Shown piece after piece: positions 26,724-39,100 of a stretch of 48,419 nt of DNA; position 1 is the stretch's first letter; the number at the start of each line of letters is the position of its first letter. A program made the translations under genes and the position numbers. Below the pieces are notes generated by a model, which saw only the letters and a program-made list of their open reading frames with translations, had not been told where the DNA came from and ran no database searches. This DNA comes from Perkinsus chesapeaki ATCC PRA-425 (lineage: Eukaryota > Protista > Perkinsozoa), in the NCBI GenBank assembly GCA_013115145.1, contig JAAPAO010000241.1:1-48419 (forward strand), read 5' to 3'.

Positions 26724-28460
26724 CTACATCGCCACGTTGGGACCGCCAGGCACTCCCGAGCTGGCTGAGACACTGAGAAAGTCCAATAAGCTGACGCGAG
26801 TGTCGGTCATGGATACATCACTAGATGAAGGCCCACGAGCGAAGCGACAAGGCAGAACTCCGAGGCACCATATCGCCTGATCACAGCGCGCTGGGCTGTT
26901 GCTGGTGCATGGCCGACGGTACCTCTGCTGCATAGACCAGCAGCCTCCTCAAGCTCTGTGCCAGTGTGGCTGGAAATAGGTTATCTGTGGCATTGACTCG
27001 GGCATCTAGTGCCTCCTGTGTGAGATCAGTCGACATAAGGTCGGGGCTTCTACATAAAGGAGATGCAAATACGGTAGAGTGGCGTTTAGTACTGTCTTAA
27101 TAAAACAACCGATAAACTAGATAACAATAAGGGAGGTAGGAAGAACTGAAATAAAGAGCATGAAAAACCTAAGCAAGGCCAAGACTCCACTAACCTCTGT
27201 TGCCAGTACATAACCATAGAAGGCCGAATGTTTATCCTCCCCCTGAGCCACCAGGTCCTGCTGGACTACCGCAGCAGTGCAGTATCCAACATCAAGGAAA
27301 GTGATAGCTGATCGAGATCGCCTACTTACGGTGCATTATACAGGTTATTACCAAGAAGGATGAATCTAGCCAAGTCACGTATTACGGAGATTCCTGTTCG
27401 ATCCTCGCCTAATCAGCGACGCTGCTATGCCACGGTGTCCGTTCTACCCCTACCGAAGTCCTCCGGCCTTATCAACGAGCTCCGCCTGCGAGGCGGCGAT
27501 CCTCCCCAAAATGCGTAAAATAGCCTTTGGGACATCAGAAACGTTATTACTACCACCAGGTGGAGGTTGCACTCCCAAGGTGCCTGAGCAACCTCCTCAG
27601 AACACCGGCGGTGGCTTCCCTTACCCCCGAAATGAAGGCAATCTGTATGAAAGCCGCACAGGCACAGCACAAGGCATGTAGCAGCTCCCACGACCAATCT
27701 ACTGGTGTCTCCGACCATGTCCGCATAAAGGACGGTCCGGTGAAGTATCCCGTCTCAGTATGGAAGGCCGAATAGTCGACATGATCTCCCACGTTAAGGT
27801 CCTTGTCTGACCAGCACAGGTTTATCTTCCAGTTCCCGTTCCCCCTAATACCAGTGACTGCATCCACCTCATTTGGCAGCCTCGGTGTGTAGACCTCCGC
27901 TCGACCATCAGTTTTCTGATGGCCATTCTCCGACGGCTCTGCTCGTCGAGCCATTATATGCGGTACAACAACAAAGGCCACCGCCTCCTAAAATCTTCCA
28001 TTAACCTCGAGCGTATCTTTCAAGCCTTCTCAACGACAACAAGATGCGTTCATAAAGGAGTTAGCTTCCTGTCTGACTCCCCCAAAGACACACCAAAGCC
28101 ATTCAACATGACCCCCGCCGCCACGTTGAGCACATTCCAAGTTCCAGTCGTCTTCCAAAGCGATCTGATGCGTTGAGGAAATGCAAGACATCCAAGATGG
28201 CTCAAGTAGATCACCACGGTTGCAAAGATGAGAATCCTTCAATCACACGGTTATCCCTACATATCTCATGAGTGGACGTTCCAAGCAACCGCTGGCCATA
28301 TTCGTACCTCTTTGCCCTCACTTGGAACGCTCTTGCTTTCGAAGTTATTACCTCGTTTGCAGTGCCGTCGGTGGGGTCATCATGGCCGCCGGGCTCCCTT
28401 GTTCACCCTGCGTTTGCCTACAGGTCACTACGTTTACCCACCTGCCTCTTCTTGAACCAT
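26724..28460 (-). CDS. Hypothetical multi-pass membrane protein (multi-exon)
   Basis: Hydrophobic exons ILIFATVVIYLSHLGCL, LLHALCCACAAFIQIAFI and YGYVLATE/FFLPPLLLSSLSVVLL. The 3' exons splice in frame to the stop at 26724. Family not recognised. Confidence 0.5.
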
Positions 28461-28581
28461 AATGCAACTTATCGATTGTGGAACCTGCCTTAGTATCTAT
28501 TGACAGTTCCTTTCTCGACACTGTGTTTCGGCCAATTGGTGTGCTGAACTACTCATCAGTTTTCCAATACCGTTTTATTCG
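28461..28581. promoter_or_regulatory. Candidate bidirectional promoter / divergent strand-switch region
   Basis: Only 121 bp separate the opposing putative ATGs. Contains the palindrome CCAATTGG at 28532-28539. Confidence 0.35.
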
Positions 28582-31500
28582 ATGACGCCGTCCCCTCCTG
28601 CCACAGAGCCAGGACCGGATAATGCCAACGTTACTCTGCGTAAGATAAGGCACTCTATCGACTTGAATGAATCTTTTCAGCCTCTCTAAGCAGCGATGGT
28701 TCTTACGTATACCCGATTGACACTAGCGAAGGTGAACTTGGCGAGCTTAACTGCAAACCTGCTCGATTGGTCCTTGAGGATGGCACCGAGTTCGCAGGGT
28801 AGACAGCAGTCTTTTAAACAAAACTTCTCAGCTTCAACCTTAGATACTCCTTCGGTTATCATGGGTCTGTCGCCGGTGAGCTGGTATTCAACACCGGCAT
28901 GGTTGGGTACCCTGAAAGTCTGACAGACCCTAGCTATACCGGTCAGCTCCTCTGCATAACCTTCCCTCTTGTCGGCAACTATGGTGTGCCCTCTGATGAG
29001 CTTGACCACCTTGGTCTTCCTCGGCATTTCGAAGGCAAGAGAGTTCACGTTAAGGCGCTGGTCATCAGCGACTACAGCTTCGCCAGCAGTCATTATACGG
29101 CCAAAAGAACCCTGTCGGAGTGGCTTAGGAAGGAGAAGGTCCCCGGTATCTTTGGTGTCGACACTCGAGCTGTTACCAAGCACATACGGTCTTGTGGTGC
29201 TATGCTGGCCAAGCTAGTGGTCTTGGATGATGGTCCCAACGGTAAGGAGGCCTGGCAGGACGTTGAGTGGGATGATCCCAATGTTCGCATCTTACAGAAG
29301 GAAGTATCTTGCACCGACGTTCGGACCTTCTATCCGGCTGCTCCTGGTCAAGACGTCGACGTTGGTAGTCCGGTGAAGTCCATCAGGCGTATTGGTGGTG
29401 GACCTGATCCGGACAGGCCTATCCACATCTTGGCCGTCGACTGCGGTATGAAATATAATATTATACGTTATTTTGTGAACGTCCTCAGAGTCCAGCTAAC
29501 TGTGGTACCGTGGGATTACGACTTCACCGAGATGGAGTTCGATGGTCTCTTCCTCTCCAACGGACCTGGTGACCCAACAATGTGCACGGACACCATCAAG
29601 CATGTACGGAAGATAATCGAGACTCCACGCGAGAGGCCTATTCCCATATTCGGTATCTGTCTTGGTAACCAGATCCTGGCATTGGCGGCCGGCGCCAAAA
29701 CGTACAAAATGGTATTCGGTAATCGCGGTATGAACCAGCCTGTGATCGACCTGAGGACGGCCAAGTGTTACATCACTCCTCAGAATCACGGTTTCGCGGT
29801 CGATACTGACTCCCTCCCAGAGAATTGGACATCGCTTTTCGTCAATGCTAATGATGGCACTAATGAGGGCATTATTCATAGATATCATCCATGGTTCTCG
29901 GTGCAGTTTCACCCCGAGGCCTGCGGCGGTCCTACTGACACCAGCTTCCTCTTCACCTACTTTATCAATGCCGTTGTCAACCCTACAGCCTTGCCGGTCA
30001 CCACTGTACCCTACAGACTGCCCAGCCCTGTCAAGAAGGTGCTGGTTCTCGGTTCCGGTGGCCTTAGTATTGGCCAGGCAGGTGAGTTTGACTATTCCGG
30101 CTCCCAATGCATTAAGGCTCTGAAGGAGGCCAATATCAGGTCTGTTCTGATCAACCCAAATATTGCCACTGTACAGACCAGCAAGGGTCTCGCGGATAAG
30201 GTATACTTCTTGCCGGTCACTCCCGAGTTCGTCACTCGCGTCATTGAGATCGAGAAGCCCGATGGGTTGTTCTGCACCTTCGGCGGTCAGACCGCTTTGA
30301 ACTGCGCAGTTGCCCTCCATGAGGCAGGTGTGCTCGAGAAGCACAACGTGAGAGTGTTGGGCACACCAATATCGAGCATAGTCATGACCGAGGATAGAGA
30401 GCTCTTCGCGAAGGCTGTGGAGACGGTCGGCTACAAAGTGGCAGAGTCCGCTTCGTGTACCACCGTACAGGAGGCAGTCGATGCTGCCGCCGACCTCGGG
30501 TATCCTGTTTTGGTCCGAGCGGCTTATGCTCTGGGTGGCCTTGGCTCCGGGTTCGCGGCTAACGAGACGGAACTGAGAGACCTGCTTCAAGTCAGCTTGG
30601 CGGCGTCGAATCAGGTTATTGTCGACAAAAGCCTAAGGGGGTGGAAGGAGGTCGAATATGAAGTTGTTCGTGATAGTCAGGATAACTGCATCACCGTTTG
30701 CAATATGGAGAACTTCGACCCGATGGGCATCCACACTGGCGACTCGATCGTGGTGGCTCCCTCCCAGACACTATCTAACGCGGAGTACTACCGACTTCGC
30801 AAATGTGCGATACAGATGATACGTCATATTGGTATTGTCGGTGAATGCAACATACAGTATGCTGTGGACCCCCACTCTGACCAGTTCCGCATCATTGAGG
30901 TCAACGCTCGTCTGTCGAGGTCATCAGCCTTGGCGTCGAAGGCCACTGGGTATCCCCTAGCCTATGTTGCGGCCAAGTTGGCGCTAGGCACCGATCTTGT
31001 CACTTTGAGGAATATGGTCACCAAGTCCACAACGGCCTGCTTTGAGCCCAGTCTTGACTACTGTGTCATCAAGGTGCCGAGATGGGACCTAAAGAAGTTC
31101 TCCACTGTAGACCCCCGGGTTGGATCTTGTATGAAGAGCGTGGGTGAGGTTATGGCGATCGGCAGAAAGTTCGAGGAGACCATGCAGAAGGCGCTGAGGA
31201 TGGTCGACGAATCCTGCGATGGGTTCACGTCTGAGCGCTACGATCTCGAGTTCGAGGCCAACCCGTTCCTGGGCAAGTCCAGTGATGAGAAGATGCTCAG
31301 AGAGGAGCTAGCTCAGCCATCACCGTTGAGGGTCTGGGCGGTCGCTAAGGCGTTCGAGCTCGGATACGGTGTGGAGGAGCTACACCAGCTCACTAGGATT
31401 GATAGGTGGTTCCTGTCAAAGCTTAACAACGTGCATCTGATGAAGCAGCAATTGCAGGGTGTCGACCTTAATACCTTACGACAGAACTCGAGGCTCTTCC

Positions 31501-34360
31501 AGGCGGCGAAGCAGACTGGTTTTAGTGACAAGTACATCTCACGCATCATCAAGGACGGTATTCCGCCGAGCCTGTCATCGCGGTATCTACGTATCCCGCA
31601 AGCCTACATAGAGTCCGGCATCCTAAGTCCTGAGATGGGCTCGGTGAAGATATCGGCCTCCCAGTTGGGCAACAATAATGCTACTACAGACTCACGGGCG
31701 AGTACCGAGTCGAACGGTCGACAGGTGGATGAGTGGCATGTTCGCTGTATTCGGAAGCATTTGGGCATAATACCTGTCACCAAGCAAATTGATACCTTGG
31801 CCGCTGAGTTCCCAGCGCAGACGAACTATCTCTACATGACTTACAATGGTGTTGAGGATGACGTATCTCCGGCTTCCTCTGAACAGCCACTCGGTCTGCA
31901 ATCTGGCCAGATGGATCCTAAGAGAGACATCCGCGGCAAGGCCTTCGTCCAAGGGGAGTTGTCGCCGCTGACCCGTCTAGAGTTGGCCCAGGAGCTCCCC
32001 CATTCGGAGGCCATGAAGTACATGATGTTGCCACCAGTGAAGAAGAGTGCAAAGAAGCCAGCTGTTGGTTCCATTACCGGCTCAGACAGTAAGTTTGATA
32101 CACCTAGTTGCACTGGGTAGATTGCTGTCTTTAGGATCGGGTGGCAGGAGCTCACGGAACAGCGTGCTGGTCCTGGGATGCGGCTGCTATCGCATCGGCT
32201 CAAGCGTCGAGTTTGATTGGTGCTCGGTGTCCTGCGTGAGAGAAGTCAGAAGGAACGGCAATACGGCAATTGTTGTCAATTGCAATCCTGAGACTGTCTC
32301 CACCGATTACGACGAGTCGGACAGGCTTTATTTCGAGGAGCTATCGCTGGTGAGTTCGGCTTGAAGGCTTTCCCCCCTTCGGGCCATGGCTGCTGTGTAG
32401 GAAAGAGTTCTCGACGTTAATGATTTTGAGAACCCTGAGGGTGTAGTGATTTCGGTCGGTGGGCAAACTCCGAACAACCTGGCCACGGCTCTCACCAGGA
32501 ACGGCGCCAGCATCCTCGGCACCAGTGTTGAAAGTAGTACCGCTTGATCTCGGTAAGGCGTGAATATCTTAGTGCAGGTATCGATACGGCTGAAGATAGG
32601 TCGAAATTTTCCATGCTCTGCGACTCGCTAGGAATTGACCAGCCTGAGTGGAGCGCCTTTGCTACCTTTGAAGAGGTGCTCTGCTGGTCCCTGGTCTGTC
32701 TCTCCCGTTGACCATTGTGTCAGGCCCGTCACTTTGCCAACCGAGTCAAGTATCCGGTATTGGTGAGGCCTTCATACGTGTTGTCTGGTGCCGCCATGCG
32801 ATGTGTTTACGACGACGAGGAGCTTGAGAGGTTAGCACGGCTAGTGGCGTATTCAGACTCGTTGGGGTTGGTAGGTTCTTGAAGACGGCAGCAGTGGTAG
32901 CTCAAGACCATCCGGTGGTGGTATCGAAGTACATTGAGAATGCCAAGGAGGTCGAAATGGACGCTGTTGGCTGCGCAGGTGTGCCGAACACTTGTGTTGT
33001 TGTCTTGTGCTACTTCGATTGTTAGGTGAGATAGTGAACTATGCCATCTCGGAGCACGTCCAGAATGCCGGTGTCCACTCGGGTGATGCCACTATACTGC
33101 TGCCCGCACAGAAGCTGTAGGCGGGAGGGACTCCTGGTGGTGGGAGGGGAAGCATAATGTGTCAGATACGTCGAAACTCATAGACGGATTAAGAAGGTAT
33201 CCCAGAAGTTATGTAAAGCTTTGAACATCTCGGGGCCATTTAATATACAGTTTATGTGCAAGGAGAATGAAGTAAGTTGAGACGAAAGTGAAGTGGACCA
33301 TTTCAAATGTAATGGATTCTTACTACAGCCTACTTGAGGTATAGCAACAGACCATATATTTTTAATGAAGCTGCTGGAGATACCAGATGGGTTCGATATT
33401 CAGTGTCCCTCCGTCGCCCTCTTAAATGATCGAGTAGAGTATCGTTGTCAGGTTAAAGTGATCGAATGCAACTTGAGGGCCTCGCGTACAGTACCTTTCA
33501 TCAGCAAGACTTTTAATGTTAACTTCATCGAAATCGCTACTAAAGTGAGCCGAGACTGAGGGGCGCCGTATCGGTGATACCTGGCCGTAGGTGATGCTGC
33601 GTGTGCCTGTGAGGCCGTGGAACATCCATCCGATCGACACCGAGTTTGTGGGCTGCAAGGCTCCGGTGTTCAGCTTCCAACGGCTGAAGAACTCTGACCC
33701 TAGACTTGGCGTTGAAATGCAAAGTACGCCGGACAGGGGGGCTGCGACGGTTGTTGAGAGAATCTGCTCAGGTACGGGCGAGGTGGCTTGCTTCGGTAGG
33801 ACGCCATATGAAGCATACTTGAAGGCTTGGCTGTCGGCGGGATACAACCTGCCAACAAAGACAATACTTGTCAGTATTGGTCACCAACAACAGAAGGAAG
33901 AGTTCTTGCCATGGGCAAAGGTATCCGAGTGGCCGCCTCTGATGGCATCCCACGCCGCTTTGCAGGTTCTTATCGACCTCGGCTATCACTTGTTCGCCAC
34001 TCGGTCGACTTATCAAATGATGAAGGACAAGCTTGATCCATGTCAGAGCTCCCTCACTCTTGTGTAAGCCTTGCTTCTCCATATCTCTTCTGAATAGTTC
34101 GTTCTGCAGCCACAAGCCATACGCACGTCGAGAACCGAATGTGAAGACTCTGATACAGACGGGAAAGGTGGACATGTGTATCGTCATTCCTAGCAGTGCC
34201 GATTCCTGCGCGGTAAGCTATCATGACTTGGTGGATTAATTTCGCTTCTTAGATCACCGAGGGATTCGAAATGAGAAGGCTGGCTGTCGACACCCGCACT
34301 CCACTTATCAACGACATTAAAGAGGCCACCTTCTTTGTGTTGTCGCTACAGAAGAAGTAA
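28582..34360 (+). CDS. CPSII: Carbamoyl phosphate synthetase II (fused glutaminase plus synthetase, no DHOase/ATCase)
   Basis: [27 protein letters not shown] (catalytic Cys), [40 protein letters not shown], second ATP-grasp exons and MGS domain ending LSLQKK*. Confidence 0.97.
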
Positions 34361-34640
34361 CCATGCTGCTGCCGGTGATGTCGTTTAATTCAAACGTTTT
34401 ATGTCAGGGCTGATAGGGAACGTGATGGTAAGATATTCTTTGGTATTGAGACCTGGCAGCGATACCAAGAGTTGCAGTAGAGGCTGGCTGCTGCTGCTGC
34501 TGCTGCTTCTGTGGATGGAAGCCTCTCCAGTCTTTTCATTGATTTTTTGCATCATCCACAAGTCTACCGAGCTTAATTGCCGCCACTGCTATTCTGAATA
34601 CGGAGTTTTTCTTGCATCACTTTCTCTATGGCCTCTCGTT

Positions 34641-34697
34641 GGCGGGGTTCGGGGGCGGCGGCGGCGGGGGCGGCGGCGGCGGCGGCGGGGGGGGGTG
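34641..34697 (+). repeat. G-rich (GGC)n / poly-G tract with G-quadruplex potential
   Basis: ggcggggttcgggggcggcggcggcgggggcggcggcggcggcggcgggggggggtgg seen directly. Confidence 0.8.
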
Positions 34698-34739
34698 GTT
34701 CATGTAGAGATCCTCTTGTAGAAGACGATTTGTTCAACC

Positions 34740-36092
34740 ATGCCAACTCCTAAAGATACATCGCCGGACATGATGAAAGTGAGCCAGTGGCTTTCTAGTG
34801 GGAAGCTCGTGCATCCACTCTCTGGCTTCACTTCGGTAGATGCTGAGACTGCCCTTGTAGGCAAGCCTCGGACGGAGGTTTCTAAAGGCCTCCATAAGAC
34901 TATATTCTCGAAGCCAGTCGAACACACTATATTCGTCATCCTAGACGGCTGTGGTGTGAATCTGCTGGGAAGTTATCTGGACGAGAACGCCTTCCTCAGG
35001 CGCAATCTCGTTGGTACGCTTAACAGTGTGTTCCCGGCCACTACCAGTGCCGCCCTAACTTCATATGGCACAGGGGAGTATCCTGCCCAGCATGGTTTGT
35101 TGGGTTGGACCACCGAAGTGGACCATCGGTTGGCTATCAATCCATTACCTTGGGTGGATGCTGTTACAGGTGAGAGTCTGGAGGACACCGAAGAAATGAG
35201 AGCTAAGGTGTTCCATTTCAATTCTATGTATGATAAGCTTGATCCTGCTAAAGAAGTGAGGATTTATCAATACTATGATGACAGCCCGTTTACCAGAGCT
35301 ATACGGGGCATCGGTCCGAAGGTCATAAAAACCAGTCTAATCGATTTGGAGATGGTGGTGGCCGAGGTGCCCAAGTACCTAAGGGAGAAGAGCGAGCGGC
35401 ATGAGGAGACCTTTATCTATATTTACTGTCCAGAGCCGGATACTACTGAGCATGCGTTGGGCATATCCAGCCCGGCAATCGGCGTTAAACTGTCCCAGCT
35501 TGACAAACAGCTGGAGGAGCTTTGGAGGTTGCTTACTAAGATACCTGCATCGTTTCGCATGGTGGTATCCGCTGACCACGGTCAGTTAAATCTTGAACAT
35601 GTCGACGTTTATGATGCCCAGGACGATGATGGCTCAAGAAGGAACGTACTTCCACTCGGGAGTCTACTTAAACTTCCTCCCACTGTTGAGCCGCGATCGT
35701 TCGCCTTGCATCTCGCCGAGGGTGTGACAGTGGAGGAGGCTCGTGCTAGGATCACAGAAGGCGCCCCGGATGTTGCTGAACATTGGGCGTTGTTAACACC
35801 GGACGAGGTTGAGCAGTTGCACATCCTCGGACCTGGAAAAATATCAGATGCGGCTCGGGAGCAGCTTGGTGACCTTTTCGGTATCACCGATGGCCCATAT
35901 CATTTATCATATTTTGTCGATGGTAAAAGTAGTACAGAGAAGATGGTCGGGAATCACGGAGGTCTTCTACCAGCTGAGGTGCATATTCCCTTTGTAGTTG
36001 CTGATACAGCACAAAGCGCTGAGACAATGAAGGCCCAATTCGCAACGCTCCAGCAGGTGTACTCTGCCGATTTCTCTTCGTATCTGCCATAA
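34740..36092 (+). CDS. Alkaline-phosphatase-superfamily nucleotide pyrophosphatase/phosphodiesterase, intronless, 450 aa
   Basis: VILDGCG, SVFPATTSAALTSYGTGEYPAQHGLLGW, YCPEPDTTEHALG, VVSADHGQ, GNHGGLLPAEVHIPF. Confidence 0.9.
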   Translation: MPTPKDTSPDMMKVSQWLSSGKLVHPLSGFTSVDAETALVGKPRTEVSKGLHKTIFSKPVEHTIFVILDGCGVNLLGSYLDENAFLRRNLVGTLNSVFPATTSAALTSYGTGEYPAQHGLLGWTTEVDHRLAINPLPWVDAVTGESLEDTEEMRAKVFHFNSMYDKLDPAKEVRIYQYYDDSPFTRAIRGIGPKVIKTSLIDLEMVVAEVPKYLREKSERHEETFIYIYCPEPDTTEHALGISSPAIGVKLSQLDKQLEELWRLLTKIPASFRMVVSADHGQLNLEHVDVYDAQDDDGSRRNVLPLGSLLKLPPTVEPRSFALHLAEGVTVEEARARITEGAPDVAEHWALLTPDEVEQLHILGPGKISDAAREQLGDLFGITDGPYHLSYFVDGKSSTEKMVGNHGGLLPAEVHIPFVVADTAQSAETMKAQFATLQQVYSADFSSYLP

Positions 36093-36188
36093 TTGGCTCT
36101 AGCTGGATTTCCCCTTTTTGTTGCCTTGTTGTTGAGTTCGGGGAAGTTGGCGGAGAGAGCGGTATAGGCTTTGTTCAGCTATGTTTTT

Positions 36189-39100
36189 ATGGGGTCCACG
36201 CGAGACCATTTTGTAAGTCAAGAATCTCTATCGCACAGATCATTCGCAACAATTGCCTTACTTATCGGTTTAACAACTTCCCTCATCGTTACTGTCATCA
36301 TTGATAACGTTATGAGTACAAAAGCGAAAGAGAATAGTTTGCTGGAGAGCTCACCGGCACACGCATGGCCTGCAATATTTGGAGACAGCGGGGTGGCGTT
36401 GTCGGAGTCTCCGGCCTCTACAACGACCAGTAGTGTCCGGGAGAATCAGTGTGAGGCTTGGTAATACCGAAAGGGGGTTGGGGGGAGTGGGTACATGCTG
36501 CTGCAGGCAATCGCCTCGTAATAGTAATGAAGGAGAGATGGGCTCGTCGATGGTGCGGCAAGCTGCCCCTGGAGATGTGGTGGTGGCACCTAGTGGACAG
36601 AAGTTTTTACTCATCCAGAAACTGTGGAACTCTGGTAGGGTCTCAAACATAAAGTTTGGTCCAGGGAATCATATAACCTCGCAGAAATGTCTACAAAGGC
36701 CCGCTGTCAACGGGGAGCAAACATTGCCTCTAGTGCGGCGATTTCGCAGTGGAAATTTTGTTAGAAAACATGTCCCAAGACTGCATGCCTTTTGGGGACA
36801 TCTTTAGCCGTATATTATAGTTTGATATATTACTATATTAAGATGCATATCTGACTGCCAAATATGGACTGAGTCGTGTCCATCCTTTCTCCAAACGGAC
36901 CTTTCTGTCTGGCTTTTGGAGGATCGTCCCTTCTGTGATTCGCAACTGTCAGGCCAGCCAGTGGAGAAGAACCCAATACCATTGCTGCCGCCCAGCCCGG
37001 GCGGTCTCATCCGGTATCTTCCCTCGCCCGACGCTTCAATAGGGAGGGCAGTACCAGGAATTGAGGACGTCACTACCAAGGAGCCGTTGGAACAGCAGCA
37101 GCCCTCGAATGGGAATACAGCGAGTAGGCTGGGGCGATGTTGTCGATCGGCTAGTCGGTATGGCTCGTGATAGGACCGTCTTGCCCGGCCACCAACGGAA
37201 CTTTGGACCCAGCTCTGCGTGAGTACGTGGCATCGCAGCGGAAGGCTTCATATGTGTTCGACACGCTAGCAGGGCGCGGGGCCTATGGGGAGGCTTGGAG
37301 GGCTGTGATGATGGATGGAACTTGCAGAGTAGGCCCAGACGCCTAGTGCCAAGGTTCACATTGGCTCTTCGTCGCTGTCAGGAAGTTGTTCTCAAAAGGA
37401 TGTTTTTGGAGAAAGGGGAACATGTTCGACTATCGGGGCTCAGAGAGATCTACTTCGGTGAACTTCTCCGTAATGAGAACCAAGATGGGAATCACCACAC
37501 GGCACGGTATCTCGGTCACTTCATGTCTAATGAGGCGGGGAAGGGAGAGGAGCTCTGGCTGGTGTTCGAGAACGAAGGCTTCTCTTTGGTCCATTGGATG
37601 TTCCAGCCCACCGGTGGTATGGTCAGACGAAGCCTCTTCTGGCGGACTCTTCGAACTGAAAATGACAAACTCCTGGACATCATGCGGCAGCTCTTTGAGG
37701 CCTTAGATGAGATACATTCGAGGGGCATCACTCATAGGGATGTGAAGCTTGAGAATATACTATTGAAAATCACAGAGTCGGGCGAGATACAACTCAAGTT
37801 AGCCGATTTCGGCAGTGCGGTAACCTCTGATGCGGTGTACTACGGCCAGAATGGCCCCACCATCGCCGAGGAAACTGCGCGGTATGCTCCGCCACCAGGC
37901 TCTGGTAAGCCCGATATCGCTCGCTCATTCCAAGTTGCACCTCCGTCTTAGGCGATCCGTGCTGTACAAGGCAGCCGTCCTTTGATATGTGGTGCGCTGG
38001 GGTGCTCTGGCTGGAGCTGTTCCTTGGTCATCGTGGTGTGTTCGAGCCTGATACGGCCATTGACCCGAGGCACAGAGTAAGTTGTAAAATGTGGAGCTGT
38101 GTAGTGGAAGCGGCTGCGTTTAGAATTTGTTCGAACATCGCTTGAGGGCAGTTGGTGTCCAATCTGATGAAGAGATCGATCGGGCCCTGCGAGTGGAGGC
38201 GTTTCGACTATGGGGCATTACCGAGCAGCCCACCGGGGACCAAGCTGAGGTAGGGCCGTCTCTGTTCCATATTGGTGCTGTATCATTATCTTAGGTGGCC
38301 TTCCAAGCAGCTCTGAACGAACAGGATCCGCTAGAGTCGGGTCTGATGCCCCGAAGCTGCATGGACCTGCTCCGTTCACTGCTATCTTGGCACCCGAAGG
38401 ACCGCCCTTCGGCTCGGGAGGCCCTCAACAGCGCATGCTTTTCTCGCCATGTTGTCGAGCCCAAGTACCCCCACGTCAAACTGCTACCGCCACCTAAGGA
38501 CATTGTCCTCCACCGGGAGGATTCACGGAGGTTGACCGCTGATTGGCTGAGCTCAAACTTGCCCGTGGAGAGCCTCGTTAGCGCCACCAACACGGACATT
38601 GGCGTGCGGAGCAGGATGGAGGACCGTCATAGTCAGTCGGTAATTATCGATCCGAAGACGGGAAAGCAATACTTCCTCGGATGTGTTATGGACGGACACA
38701 ATGGTCCTACTGTGGCCTCGATTCTGGCACATCAACTGGAGGGTCAGGTGAGTCATTTGTGCGGCCGACACAGTGACTTCCTGACTAGGTTGCCGGGCGC
38801 CTGCGGTATGGCATGGACCCACCAACGGCGTTGCGAACAGCTATACTTGATATTGATGGCGCAGTGACGGACACGGATGAGCTAACTGGAATAGTGGGCA
38901 GCACGGTAGGCATCTTTTGACATCTTGGCGGGCCATGGTATTCTCAGGTCGTCTGTTTAATGACCGACGGTGAGTCTTTGTGGACAGCCAACACCGGTGA
39001 CTGTAGAGCTGTGAAGGCGGAGCTAGTAGACGATAAGGAATGGTCGCCTACTGTAAGAAGTGAAAACCGTTTCGACCATGTCTAGATTGATGCTAGGTTG

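Noticed and set aside
28192-28206. Partial match to the Perkinsus spliced leader (AGCCATCTTGG on minus, TGGCTCAAG on plus)
   Set aside because: Only 9-11 nt, and it lies inside a predicted coding exon (YLSHLGC). Consistent with chance rather than an SL relic.
29496-30590. 364-aa minus-strand ORF
   Set aside because: Antisense shadow of the highly conserved CPSII exon, with no recognisable motifs.
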